This document shows, piece by piece, positions 9,244 through 17,952 of a stretch of 27,026 nt of DNA. Location: IMG/VR virus record IMGVR_UViG_2690316099_000006; one strand, 5' to 3'. Both the position numbers and the translations under genes were made by a program. Each line of letters starts with the position of its first letter. The first letter of the stretch is position 1. The notes below the pieces were generated by a model, which was not told the origin of the DNA, did not search any database, and saw nothing but the letters and a program-made list of their open reading frames with translations. The stretch is from a virus. Lineage: Duplodnaviria > Heunggongvirae > Uroviricota > Caudoviricetes.

Positions 9244-9717
9244 TTACAGGTTTCCAGTGCGTCCATGAGGCTGTCGCTCCATATCCCGATGTTTCCCCAT
9301 GATGGCGTCACCGGAAACGGCGGGGGAAGTACGGGGGCGGTCAGCCCTTCCGGGATGAAACGGAACGACGGCGGCGGCGCGGACGCGTTCTGCGTGCTGG
9401 TGCAACCGCTCAGTAAAGCGAGCGTCAGGAACAGCGCGGGCACATGCATCTGTCGTGATATCGTTGCGTAGCTGTTCACGTCGGATTTCCCCTTCCTGTT
9501 GTCGGTTCTGGCGCGCTGTCATGACGTCACGCAGTACACCGGATGCGGTGCTGATGATGGTGCCGGCCTCTTTCAGGGTCCGGCTGTAATCGTCCAGTTG
9601 CGCCTGTGTATAACGGTTGTGTCCGTCTTCCTGCCCCAGTCTGAATGTCTGCCAGAGTGTTATGGTCAGCAGCGTGAGGACGGTCAGTGCCATCATCAGG
9701 ATGTAACGCACTTTCAT
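9244..9717 (-). CDS. lysB: Inner-membrane spanin (Rz/LysB-like); 3-prime end runs into mask
   Basis: N-terminal TM segment ILMMALTVLTLLTITLW followed by a charged, likely coiled-coil region. Start overlaps the endolysin stop. Confidence 0.65.
   Translation of the reverse strand: MKVRYILMMALTVLTLLTITLWQTFRLGQEDGHNRYTQAQLDDYSRTLKEAGTIISTASGVLRDVMTARQNRQQEGEIRREQLRNDITTDACARAVPDARFTERLHQHAERVRAAAVVPFHPGRADRPRTSPAVSGDAIMGKHRDMERQPHGRTGNL
9247..9479 (-). CDS. lysC: Outer-membrane spanin lipoprotein (Rz1/LysC-like), visible N-terminal part; 3-prime end masked
   Basis: MNSYATISRQMHVPALFLTLALLSGCTSTQNASAPPPSF... has a signal peptide with an LSGC lipobox and a proline-rich body. It starts inside the i-spanin gene in another frame and extends past it. 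Confidence 0.6.
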
Positions 9718-10262
9718 GACTGGCCTCCGGTGTCACGTAAGCACCATGCACGAAAATCAGTACGACGGTTAACCAGTCCCTGTGAGCGTTCGCCGCCGCT
9801 GTTCACGAAGTCAGTCAGTCTGTTGCACATGTCAGGCCAGTTGTGCGCCTGTGCATGTTTCCAGATAGTGGTGCGGTGGTAGTTACGGTTCTTATCCCTG
9901 AACCACATAAGATTTCTGCATCCAAGATTAAAGGCGGCATCTGTCATTGCCTCAAACGCGGACTGTGGCATGGCGTTGCCGCTGAAGTTCTGATTTATGC
10001 AGTTTTCTGCATGTTGCATATCATTAACCCAGCGCCCGGCGACTTCCGTTTCGGTGTACAGACGATTTTCCACATGCCCGGTCGAGCCGCACCCCACGGT
10101 CATTACCCCGGCAATATCCCGGTAAGGCGTTGCGCGACAGTCCTCCCATGTGGCAATGCGGATTTGCGCTTCCGGGCTGGTCCGGAGTTTGTGAGGGGCA
10201 ATGGAGAACCCCAGCGCCACAATGGCGGCTACGGCGTAACGTTTAACGGGCAGCTTTATCAT
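9714..10262 (-). CDS. SAR endolysin (T4-lysozyme fold; P1 Lyz / phage 21 R type)
   Basis: N-terminal signal-anchor KRYAVAAIVALGFSIAP, then ENCINQNFSGNAMPQSAFEAMTDAAFNLGC and CNRLTDFVNSGG, matching P1 Lyz (ERCINQHFRGKDMPDNAFSAMTSAAFNMGC ... CNHLPDFVNSNG) as recalled. Confidence 0.85.
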   Translation of the reverse strand: MIKLPVKRYAVAAIVALGFSIAPHKLRTSPEAQIRIATWEDCRATPYRDIAGVMTVGCGSTGHVENRLYTETEVAGRWVNDMQHAENCINQNFSGNAMPQSAFEAMTDAAFNLGCRNLMWFRDKNRNYHRTTIWKHAQAHNWPDMCNRLTDFVNSGGERSQGLVNRRTDFRAWCLRDTGGQS

Positions 10263-10545
10263 GTGTATCGTTATCCCGCAGAATGTTCAGAGCCTGACGC
10301 TCACTGTCGTGAAGTGGCCGTGCGTCTGACTGCGCCAGGATACTGGCGATGAGTTCATTGCGACGCTGCATGGCGGTTTCCATCAGGCGGCGATGTCGCC
10401 AGGCATGTAATGCAGACAGAGAACCGAGTAACAACCCGGCAAGGGCGATTTTTTCACTGATGGTCATCACGCCTATTGTGGTGGCTGTGACTGATGCCCA
10501 GAAGGTGATCCAGTCACTCACCCGCTGAAAAAAACCTGTTACCAT
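10243..10545 (-). CDS. Holin, two predicted TM segments (pinholin-like)
   Basis: 100 aa from the internal ATG at 10545: MVTGFFQRVSDWITFWASVTATTIGVMTISEKIALAGLLLGSLSALHAW..., two hydrophobic helices and a charged C-terminus, directly upstream of the SAR endolysin. The longer listed ORF (to 10752) has an implausible N-terminus. Confidence 0.6.
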   Translation of the reverse strand: MVTGFFQRVSDWITFWASVTATTIGVMTISEKIALAGLLLGSLSALHAWRHRRLMETAMQRRNELIASILAQSDARPLHDSERQALNILRDNDTHDKAAR

Positions 10546-10736
10546 AGCTGTATCATCTCTCGTTGTTTTTTCTTCTCCGGCTCCGGCATTTCCACCTCCT
10601 GTCCGGCTTCCAGAAATACCTGTCGGCAGAGTCCGGGGTTGGCATCCAGCACCTTTTCGGTGACGCCCTGCGTCGTGCCGTAGTACCGGAAACAGAGCGA
10701 ATCCACGGTGTCGCCTTCCAGTGTCTTCACTTTCAT
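10539..10736 (-). CDS. X: Tail protein X (LysM-like)
   Basis: MKVKTLEGDTVDSLCFRYYGTTQGVTEKVLDANPGL... matches P2 X (MKTFALQGDTLDAICVRYYGRTEGVVETVLAANPGL...). Start taken at the internal ATG. Confidence 0.8.
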   Translation of the reverse strand: MKVKTLEGDTVDSLCFRYYGTTQGVTEKVLDANPGLCRQVFLEAGQEVEMPEPEKKKQREMIQLW

Positions 10737-11308
10737 CAGCACAACTCCGCAAAGATTCGCGGGCGGCACAGAATGTCAGAGATGGCCCAGCTCACATCGC
10801 GCCACAAATCCGATGTCTGTATATCCAGTGCGTCCGCCCGGCGGTCGCCCTTGTCCGTTGTGTCCGCATCGCGGTAACGCTCCAGAATCAGGGCGCGTGT
10901 GGCGGTATAAACAGCATTGCGCCAGTGCCAGAGATTGACGCTTTCTCCGTTAATTACAGGTGCCGGAACATCGGCCAGCGTCTGATGGCCNNNNNNNNNN
11001 NNNNNNNNNNNNNNNNNNNNNNNNNNNNNNNNNNNNNNNNNNNNNNNNNNNNNNNNNNNNNNNNNNNNNNNNNNNNNNNNNNNNNNNNNNNNNNNNNNNN
11101 NNNNNNNNNNNNNNNNNNNNNNNNNNNNNNNNNNNNNNNNNNNNNNNNNNNNNNNNNNNNNNNNNNNNNNNNNNNNNNNNNNNNNNNNNNNNNNNNNNNN
11201 NNNNNNNNNNNNNNNNNNNNNNNNNNNNNNNNNNNNNNNNNNNNNNNNNNNNNNNNNNNNNNNNNNNNNNNNNNNNNNNNNNNNNNNNNNNNNNNNNNNN
11301 NNNNNCAT
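10736..11308 (-). CDS. L: Head completion protein L (interior 10991-11305 masked)
   Basis: Visible C-terminal half plus position between M and X. Start is ATG at 11308 or GTG at 11317. Confidence 0.6.
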   Translation of the reverse strand: MXXXXXXXXXXXXXXXXXXXXXXXXXXXXXXXXXXXXXXXXXXXXXXXXXXXXXXXXXXXXXXXXXXXXXXXXXXXXXXXXXXXXXXXXXXXXXXXXXXXXXXXXXGHQTLADVPAPVINGESVNLWHWRNAVYTATRALILERYRDADTTDKGDRRADALDIQTSDLWRDVSWAISDILCRPRIFAELC

Positions 11309-11409
11309 GGGGTTCACTCCTGAAAAAATCGGGCGGTGGGTGCGCGGTGTAAACGGTCACGGAGCCAAACCGGAACACCGCGCACGCCGCCCGCTGACGG
11401 GGTCAGTCG

Positions 11410-12210
11410 TTAACCGCGCTTCGCCTTCTGCGTCGCGGTGGTTTTTCGTGTTGCAGGCTTCCGCGTTGTCTTTTTACTTTCGCTGCTTTCGTCCTGCGCC
11501 TGCTGTGCGCTGGCGTCTTCTGGTGCGGCTGCGGAATCGGCTTTTTTCAGGGCGCGGGAAAGGGTTGCAATCTCGCGTTTCACACCTGCGTTCTGGTTCA
11601 GATGCATCGCTTCGCGCAGCAGCTTCAGTGATGAGGCCATGCTGTCCGCATCGCTCAGGCCACGGCGGGCAAAGGCGCACGCCTTGCATAATTTGGCGCG
11701 CACTTCGTCCGGCATATCCTGGTTGGCGACAATTTCCCAAAGTGTGTCCAGTGGTTCGATAAAGACGGACAAATCCGCGTCGGCATCCGTCCCGGCCTGC
11801 GTCAGTACCGGATTGCAGATTTCTTCGGTCAGCACTGTGGCAGCAGTACGGCCAAAGTTATCCGGCATGATGAGGTTGTGACGGACCGCATACGCACCAA
11901 TACGCAGCGCAAGCGGAAGATCGCCGCAGTCAATCGCCCACACCATCAGCGTGGCAATCACTTCGTCCTGTTGCCCGCCGTCAGCCTCCAGCGTTCCCTC
12001 AATCCAGCCGGAAAAGTCCGGCAACAACGCTTTTTTGATGTCGGCTTTCGCGCTTCTGGCCTGTACGCCCTTAAGCCGGGCCTGTGCCAGACGCAGACGA
12101 TACAGCACCTCTTCATGCGCGGTACGCGCGGCGTGGTCCACACCTTCATTCGCCCGGCCTGCGCGCTGTGCCATCACGTTCTGCCAGTGTTGCTGTGCAG
12201 GAGTAATCAT
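11410..12210 (-). CDS. M: Terminase endonuclease (small) subunit M
   Basis: 266 aa; contains ...QDMPDEVRAKLCKACAFARRG... matching P2 M (ADMPDEVRAKLHKITGLFLRDG) and a basic C-terminal tail as in P2 M. Confidence 0.85.
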   Translation of the reverse strand: MITPAQQHWQNVMAQRAGRANEGVDHAARTAHEEVLYRLRLAQARLKGVQARSAKADIKKALLPDFSGWIEGTLEADGGQQDEVIATLMVWAIDCGDLPLALRIGAYAVRHNLIMPDNFGRTAATVLTEEICNPVLTQAGTDADADLSVFIEPLDTLWEIVANQDMPDEVRAKLCKACAFARRGLSDADSMASSLKLLREAMHLNQNAGVKREIATLSRALKKADSAAAPEDASAQQAQDESSESKKTTRKPATRKTTATQKAKRG

Positions 12211-12255
12211 TTTTTCTCTCCGTTACAGGCGGGCATGATGCCCGCCGTGAGTTGA

Positions 12256-13308
12256 TTAGCTGTCGGCGAACTTCAGGCCAGTGACCATCGCGCACTTGCC
12301 ATAGTCTTCAACGACATAAGCGTCATTGATGGACTGGTAGGTGGCGATGCGGTTGTATTCCGGTTCGTCTTTCATCAGACGACGCATTGAACCTTTCTGC
12401 CAGTAAATCGACAGGTTGTTGAATGAGGTGATCAGCATCGTTGCATCCGGGAAGAACGGTGCAAGGAACACACCCAGCCCGCCAATGGTGCGCGATGACA
12501 GGATGAGCTGCCCGGCAAGTAATTCCGCATTGGGATTCTGGCCGCTGATGCTGTTCAGCACTGGCAGACGCAGCGAGTTAAACAGGTTGCGCCCCATAAT
12601 CACCACGAGGTCGTCAGCTTCCTTGTGCCATTCATCCAGCAGAGATGAGCGCGCGTCCTGTACCAGTGCATCAGGGTTCGCGTATTTACCCGCGTGCGCC
12701 ACGGTGTTGTCCATGTTGCGGGAAGTCAGCGTCACGTCATTCATTACGCGCTCGCTGGCATTGGTTCTGATGTGCTCCAGCCACCCCACGTTAACGTCCT
12801 GAAGCAGCTTGTTGGTGCTGAAGTTGGACTCATCCGCGTGAGATGTGCCGTTGAAACCGATCATGATGCGGTCAAGTGCCACCTGTCGGGCAATCTGTGC
12901 GCTGATGCGGGACTGAAAATCGCTGTGTGCCGACCAGGCATCAAGCTGCGGATACGAAATAAACGTGTCGTAGTTCACCTGTTCGCACTGGTATTTGCGG
13001 TTTTTCAGATCAACCACGTTATTCGGGTTACGGCGTTTTGTTCCGTCATAACTGGTATTTGTGCGTGCAATCGGTCCTGTGGTGTCCAGGAGGATTTTTT
13101 CGCCTTTCTGGTCGGTCACGCCGATCACGTTAATTTTTTTTGTAAGTTCGGTGCTATCCTTTGAGGCGTTTTCAAAACGTTGCTGCACCGCAGGTTCCAC
13201 GGTAAATCGCGATACCAGTGCAGAAACCGGGATATTGTTAAGCGACGCCTGCTGCGCCATATAGCAACCCAGCTTGTTGCGGGTAATATCTGACATCACC
13301 AGATTCAT
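12256..13308 (-). CDS. N: Major capsid protein N
   Basis: 350 aa. ...RFTVEPAVQQ...KYQCEQVNYDTFISYPQLDAW...IMIGFNGTSHA...LQDVNVGWL...DLVVIMGRNLF...ATMLITSFNNLSIYWQ... matches P2 N. AAGGAG lies 10 nt upstream of the ATG at 13308. Confidence 0.9.
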   Translation of the reverse strand: MNLVMSDITRNKLGCYMAQQASLNNIPVSALVSRFTVEPAVQQRFENASKDSTELTKKINVIGVTDQKGEKILLDTTGPIARTNTSYDGTKRRNPNNVVDLKNRKYQCEQVNYDTFISYPQLDAWSAHSDFQSRISAQIARQVALDRIMIGFNGTSHADESNFSTNKLLQDVNVGWLEHIRTNASERVMNDVTLTSRNMDNTVAHAGKYANPDALVQDARSSLLDEWHKEADDLVVIMGRNLFNSLRLPVLNSISGQNPNAELLAGQLILSSRTIGGLGVFLAPFFPDATMLITSFNNLSIYWQKGSMRRLMKDEPEYNRIATYQSINDAYVVEDYGKCAMVTGLKFADS

Positions 13309-13331
13309 AAAAAATTTGCTCCTTTGTCTTA

Positions 13332-14168
13332 TCAGAAGTCAGCCAGCTGGTCGGAGGCTGCGCCCGTTGCGGTGAACCGGTTCTGCGGATCGCCGTCCTG
13401 CGTGCGCAGTTTTTCCTTCAGTGCTGTCAGCTCCGTGGTCAGTAAAGTGATTTTCTGGCTGTCCTGCTGATGGCGTGTTTCCAGCGCATTAAAACGGTCG
13501 ATAATGTCGGCCTGTGACGTTGCGACGCTTTCCACCGCTTCCTGAATACGGGAGAAACTGGCGTCATCCGCTTTGCGGCCACGACCAATAATCCCCATTA
13601 CGCGGTTAAACCACTGGGTGCCTTCTTCCTGGCGTTGTTCTGCCATTTCGATGATTTCAGACTCGATGGCTTCGGAGATAAGCGGTGCTTCACCCTGGAT
13701 ACTGTTGAACGTCATCACCGCCTGACGTTGCTGTGCCGTGAATTTCAGGCGCTCAGTGCCCAGGCTTGCCGGGGTGTCGGTCATCGCCAGCCCGACCAGA
13801 TAGGCGCGCCCGTTAACGGAGAACTGCGGGTGCAGTTCGATACTGGAATAGATTTTCTTGCCGTCCGCGACAAGCTGCTTCATGCGCTCGGTCGGTTCGA
13901 TTTCTGCATACAGCGCAGTACGTCCGGCCAGCGGACCTTCCGTAATGTCTTCCGTACTCAGTGCGGTGACATCGCCCATTGCGGAAAATTCGCTTGACGG
14001 GCATGGCGAGAGATAGTGCTCAACGTTCACGCGGGCAGCGTAAACATCCGGGTTGAAGTTCTCGGCGGCTTCACGCAGATGCACCGGACTGATTTCACGG
14101 CCATCAACAGTTGATCCGGAGACAGCCACGCGAAACTTTTTGCGGGATGTCTTTTTTTCATTAGCCAT
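13332..14168 (-). CDS. O: Capsid scaffolding protein O
   Basis: From the internal ATG at 14168: MANEKKTSRKKFRVAVSGSTVDGREISPVHLREAAENFNP... matches P2 O (MAKKVSKFFRIGVEGDTCDGRVISAQDIQEMAETFDP...). Also ...AYLVGLAMTDTPASLGTE... Confidence 0.85.
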   Translation of the reverse strand: MANEKKTSRKKFRVAVSGSTVDGREISPVHLREAAENFNPDVYAARVNVEHYLSPCPSSEFSAMGDVTALSTEDITEGPLAGRTALYAEIEPTERMKQLVADGKKIYSSIELHPQFSVNGRAYLVGLAMTDTPASLGTERLKFTAQQRQAVMTFNSIQGEAPLISEAIESEIIEMAEQRQEEGTQWFNRVMGIIGRGRKADDASFSRIQEAVESVATSQADIIDRFNALETRHQQDSQKITLLTTELTALKEKLRTQDGDPQNRFTATGAASDQLADF

Positions 14169-14322
14169 AGTTTTTGCCCCTCTGACTGGTTCTTCAGTCA
14201 TGATGGCAAAGCGTAACAGGCTGATACAAAGGGCTTTTGTTGTAAGAAAACGGCCAGAACAGGGGGTTAAGGAGAACGGTTTCGCGCGCGGGTAATCTTC
14301 CTGTAATTACTCAGGGGGAGCA
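14169..14322. promoter_or_regulatory. Divergent late-promoter region between O (minus) and P (plus)
   Basis: 154-bp intergenic region between divergently transcribed O and P operons, as in P2 where Ogr-activated promoters sit here. It contains the partial dyad ACAAAGGGCTTTTGTTGT, but I could not place a clean TGT-N12-ACA box. Confidence 0.45.
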
Positions 14323-16215
14323 ATGATTCAGGACGCTTTTGTGCGCCAGCGTGCGCGGCAACTTTACTGGCAGGGTTATCCGCCCGCAGAAATATCACGT
14401 CTGATGGGAATAAACCCGAACACGATTTATGCGTGGAAAAAACGCGACCAGTGGGATGAAACGCCACCCGTGCAGCGTGTCACGCAGTCCATCGATGCGC
14501 GCCTCATCCAGCTTACTGAAAAACAGAATAAAACAGGTGGTGACTTTAAGGAAATAGACCTGCTGACCCGGCAGCTTAAAAAACTGCATGATGGCCAGCC
14601 GGATGCGACGGCCACAGGAAAGAAAGGCCGGGCGAAAAAACTCAAAAATCATTTCACNNNNNNNNNNNNNNNNNNNNNNNNNNNNNNNNNNNNNNNNNNN
14701 NNNNNNNNNNNNNNNNNNNNNNNNNNNNTCCCTGACGCTTTGCAGGGAAGCCGGGATACGTAACAGGATGATCCTGAAATCCCGACANNNNNNNNNNNNN
14801 NNNNNNNNNNNNNNNNNNNNNNNNNNNNNNNNNNNNNNNNNNNNNNNNNNNNNNNNNNNNNNNNNNNNNNNNNNNNNNNNNNNNNNNNNNNNNNNNNNNN
14901 NNNNNNNNNNNNNNNNNNNNNNNNNNNNNNNNNNNNNNNNNNNNNNNNNNNNNNNNNNNNNNNNNNNNNNNNNNNNNNNNNNNNNNNNNNNNNNNNNNNN
15001 NNNNNNNNNNNNNNNNNNNNNNNNNNNNNNNNNNNNNNNNNNNNNNNNNNNNNNNNNNNNNNNNNNNNNNNNNNNNNNNNNNNNNNNNNNNNNNNNNNNN
15101 NNNNNNNNNNNNNNNNNNNNNNNNNNNNNNNNNNNNNNNNNNNNNNNNNNNNNNNNNNNNNNNNNNNNNNNNNNNNNNNNNNNNNNNNNNNNNNNNNNNN
15201 NNNNNNNNNNNNNNNNNNNNNNNNNNNNNNNNNNNNNNNNNNNNNNNNNNNNNNNNNNNNNNNNNNNNNNNNNNNNNNNNNNNNNNNNNNNNNNNNNNNN
15301 NNNNNNNNNNNNNNNNNNNNNNNNNNNNNNNNNNNNNACCGCTGGAACGAGAAAAAGGCCGCGCATAAACGCCAGCGTTTTTCTGTGGACTGGAAAACGC
15401 TGCATAACGGGCTTATCTGCCCTGACCGGACGTGGCGGCAAATTGTCACGCTGGAAGATGTGGTTAATCACGGCTGGAAACACACCGATATTGATGAAAT
15501 TCGTGATGAAAACACCGAAGACGAGTTCCGCAATCTCTATATGTGTGAGTTTGTCCGCGAAGGGGAATCGGCATTTAACCTGAATATCCTGATTGGCTGC
15601 GGTGTTGACGGATACGACGACTGGAAAGACTGGAAACCCTTTGCCCCCCGCCCGATGGGGAATCGTCCGGTATGGATTGGGTATGACGCAAACGGCAGCA
15701 GTGGTAACGGCGACAGCGGCGCTGTGTCCGTGGTGGTTCCTCCGGCTGTTCCTGGTGGTCGTTTCAGAACGGTGGAGACGCGACGCGTTCAGGGGCTGGA
15801 ATTTGAAGAGCAGGCCAGAGTTATTGAAGAGTTCACGTATCGCTACAACGTGGAACACATCGGCATTGATGCGACGGGCGGGCACGGGGATGCCGTCTAT
15901 CAGATAGTGAAACGGTTTTTTCCCGCCGCCATCCCTTACACCTTCACGCTGTCATCAAAACGGTCGCTGGTACTGAAAATGCTGCAAATAATGCGTGCCG
16001 GGCGGTGGGAATACGATCGCGCCGAACGCGAGCTGGTTGCGGCCTTTAACGCCGTGCGTAAGGTGAAAACACCGGGCGGTTTTATCACTTACGAAACGGA
16101 CCGCGCGAGGGGGATCAGCCACGGCGACCTTGCGTGGGCAACCATGCTTGCTGTCATTAACGAACCGATTGGCGGCGAAGGAGAAAACGAGCGTTTCACG
16201 GTTATGGAGTTCTGA
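14323..16215 (+). CDS. P: Terminase ATPase (large) subunit P (two internal masked blocks)
   Basis: N-terminus MIQDAFVRQRARQLYWQGYPPAEISRLMGINPNTIYAWKKRDQWDETPPVQRVTQSIDARLIQLTEKQNKTGGDFKEIDLL matches P2 P. C-terminal half is visible 15338-16215. GGGGGAG lies upstream of the ATG. Confidence 0.85.
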
Positions 16216-17261
16216 TGAGCAGAAAAAATAAAAAAGTGCGCATGAGTTCACGCATTGATCTCGCTGATGCGCTCAGGAAAGAATCGTCGCTCAGTGCATT
16301 CACATTTGATGGTCCTTACCGCCTGACCGGGCATGACCTGCTGGACAATATGTACTGTGCTGATAACGGGCGGTGGTATGAAACCCCGGTGGACTGGTAC
16401 GGTCTGGCAAGAGCTGCCCGGCAAACGTCCTGGCATCAGTCTGCGCTTTACTTTAAGCGCAATGTATTGCTCGGCTGCTATATTCCGCACCCGCTGCTTT
16501 CCCGGCAGGATTTCTCGGCGCTGGCGCTGGACTGGTTTGTGTTCGGTAACGCATTCCTTGAGCTTCGGAGCAATATGCTCGGCGAACCGCTTAAATTACG
16601 GCACGCCCTGGCGAAATACATGCGACGCGGAAGCGATCTTGAATCATGGTGGTATGTGCAGGATGGCAAGGATGCGTTTCAGTTTCGTCCTGGCAAAGTG
16701 TGCCACCTGATGAATCCGGATATTAACCAGGAAATCTACGGCATGCCGGAATATCTTGGCGCATTACTCTCGGCCAGCCTTTCTCATTCGGCGGACATGT
16801 TCAGAAAACTGTACTACGACAACGGATCCCACGCCGGGTGCATCATCTACATCGGTGCAGCGCAGGTAAACCGCGAAAGCATGGACTCCCTGAAAGAAAC
16901 GCTACAGGGGGCACGTGGTGGTGGTGCGTTTAAAAACGTGCTCATTCATGCGCCCAACGGGGGCAAAGAGGGGGTGCAAATTTTGCCGTTCCAGCAGATC
17001 ACCGCAAAGGATGAGTTCATGAATGTTAAGGCGGCATCCCGTGATGATGTGCTGGCTGCGCACCGCGTTCCGCCGCAACTGATGGGGGCGATGCCGGGCG
17101 AAAAAAGTGCGTTTGGTGATGTGGAGAAGGCCGCGCGGGTTTACGCAATTAACGAGCTGATGCCCGTCATGGAGGCCATGAAGCACATCAATGACTGGCT
17201 TGGCGAAGAGGTGATCCGCTTTAACCCTTACGCACTGTTAGACACCCAGCCCACATCCTGA
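16215..17261 (+). CDS. Q: Portal (capsid vertex) protein Q
   Basis: 348-aa ORF translationally coupled to P (TGATG overlap). Position next to the cos region and size match P2 Q. Confidence 0.85.
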   Translation: MSRKNKKVRMSSRIDLADALRKESSLSAFTFDGPYRLTGHDLLDNMYCADNGRWYETPVDWYGLARAARQTSWHQSALYFKRNVLLGCYIPHPLLSRQDFSALALDWFVFGNAFLELRSNMLGEPLKLRHALAKYMRRGSDLESWWYVQDGKDAFQFRPGKVCHLMNPDINQEIYGMPEYLGALLSASLSHSADMFRKLYYDNGSHAGCIIYIGAAQVNRESMDSLKETLQGARGGGAFKNVLIHAPNGGKEGVQILPFQQITAKDEFMNVKAASRDDVLAAHRVPPQLMGAMPGEKSAFGDVEKAARVYAINELMPVMEAMKHINDWLGEEVIRFNPYALLDTQPTS

Positions 17262-17287
17262 CGCGCTTCGCTTGTCTGCTGCTTCGC

Positions 17288-17312
17288 CGGGGCATAAAAA
17301 ATTTATGCCCCG
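17288..17312 (+). terminator. Stable hairpin (11-bp stem, 3-nt loop) 27 nt after the Q stop; possible terminator or cos-flanking structure
   Basis: CGGGGCATAAA-AAA-TTTATGCCCCG. No clear U-tract follows on either strand, so terminator function is uncertain. Confidence 0.35.
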
Positions 17313-17685
17313 ACTCTCCAGCTCCTGTATCAGTCAGATAATTTCACGACGCTTTCCTGCTGATTGCCATCATCGACAGTCAGACTCTTACGCAATCCCA
17401 CCTCGTTGACTGCATATTCTCGCCGTCTCAGTGCGATTTTGACGGCCTTACCTTTCACCCCATCAAATCAAAAGCCCTCACGTCTTTTTCACGCTCAGCG
17501 TGAGAAATACAGCCATTCTGTTGTATCTCTGCGACATCGTTCAGGGAATGCTATTTACCCCCTGAAACGCGGGCTGTTCCCCCGTCACCTGCGCGCAGAA
17601 AAAACGCGTTTTTTTGTGCATGCACGGATCCTTGACGGATCCAGCCGCCACGCGGGCCGGAAGGGCAAAAAGTCGTTCAAAAAAA

Positions 17686-17712
17686 TTGTGCAAATTTGTG
17701 CACTATTGTGCA
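17686..17712. repeat. Three helically phased TTGTGCA direct repeats (10-bp period), near the palindromes GTGCATGCAC and AAAAAACGCGTTTTTT
   Basis: aTTGTGCAaatTTGTGCActaTTGTGCAttt at about 17686, 17696 and 17706, in the noncoding stretch between Q and the accessory operon. Confidence 0.5.
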
Positions 17713-17752
17713 TTTATAAAATCAACTAAAAAACACCTAGTGTGACTTACCT

Positions 17753-17938
17753 CTACCACTCGATCGGCACGTAGTCATTAAGTTCCGGAGACCAATTGCA
17801 CTTTTCACATCTGTGTTTTCCATTCTGGCAGATACATAAACGATAACGGCCACAATGCGGGCACCCATTTTCACCATTATCATAATCACCGAGCGACCAT
17901 TCCTGCATAAGCAGCTCTTCTTCATCATCATTTAGCAT
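17753..17938 (-). CDS. Small Cys-rich zinc-ribbon protein (hypothetical), last gene of accessory operon
   Basis: 61 aa with CPHC...C.C...C..C spacing and an acidic N-terminus (NDDEEELL). Confidence 0.45.
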   Translation of the reverse strand: MLNDDEEELLMQEWSLGDYDNGENGCPHCGRYRLCICQNGKHRCEKCNWSPELNDYVPIEW

Positions 17939-17952
17939 TAATCCCCCTTGAG

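Noticed and set aside
8370-9479. The 369-aa minus ORF as one protein
   Set aside because: Only the N-terminal ~78 aa (lipoprotein signal plus proline-rich region) is real sequence, consistent with an o-spanin of about 90 aa. The rest is masked.
10243-10752. The full 169-aa ORF as the holin
   Set aside because: The N-terminal 69 residues are arginine-rich junk overlapping gene X in another frame. The internal ATG at 10545 gives a sensible two-TM holin.
11438-12255. Plus-strand ORFs 11438..11881, 11878..12255 and 11951..12238, and minus ORFs 11474..11740 and 11958..12149
   Set aside because: All overlap the well-supported terminase M gene in other frames or antisense, with no recognisable motifs.
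14395-15885. The 496-aa minus ORF and other ORFs antisense to terminase P
   Set aside because: Antisense to P and bridged by masked blocks.
17364-17729. Plus ORF (121 aa) in the Q-proximal noncoding region
   Set aside because: Lies in the repeat- and palindrome-rich cos-proximal stretch, has no RBS, and its composition is low-complexity. More likely regulatory DNA.
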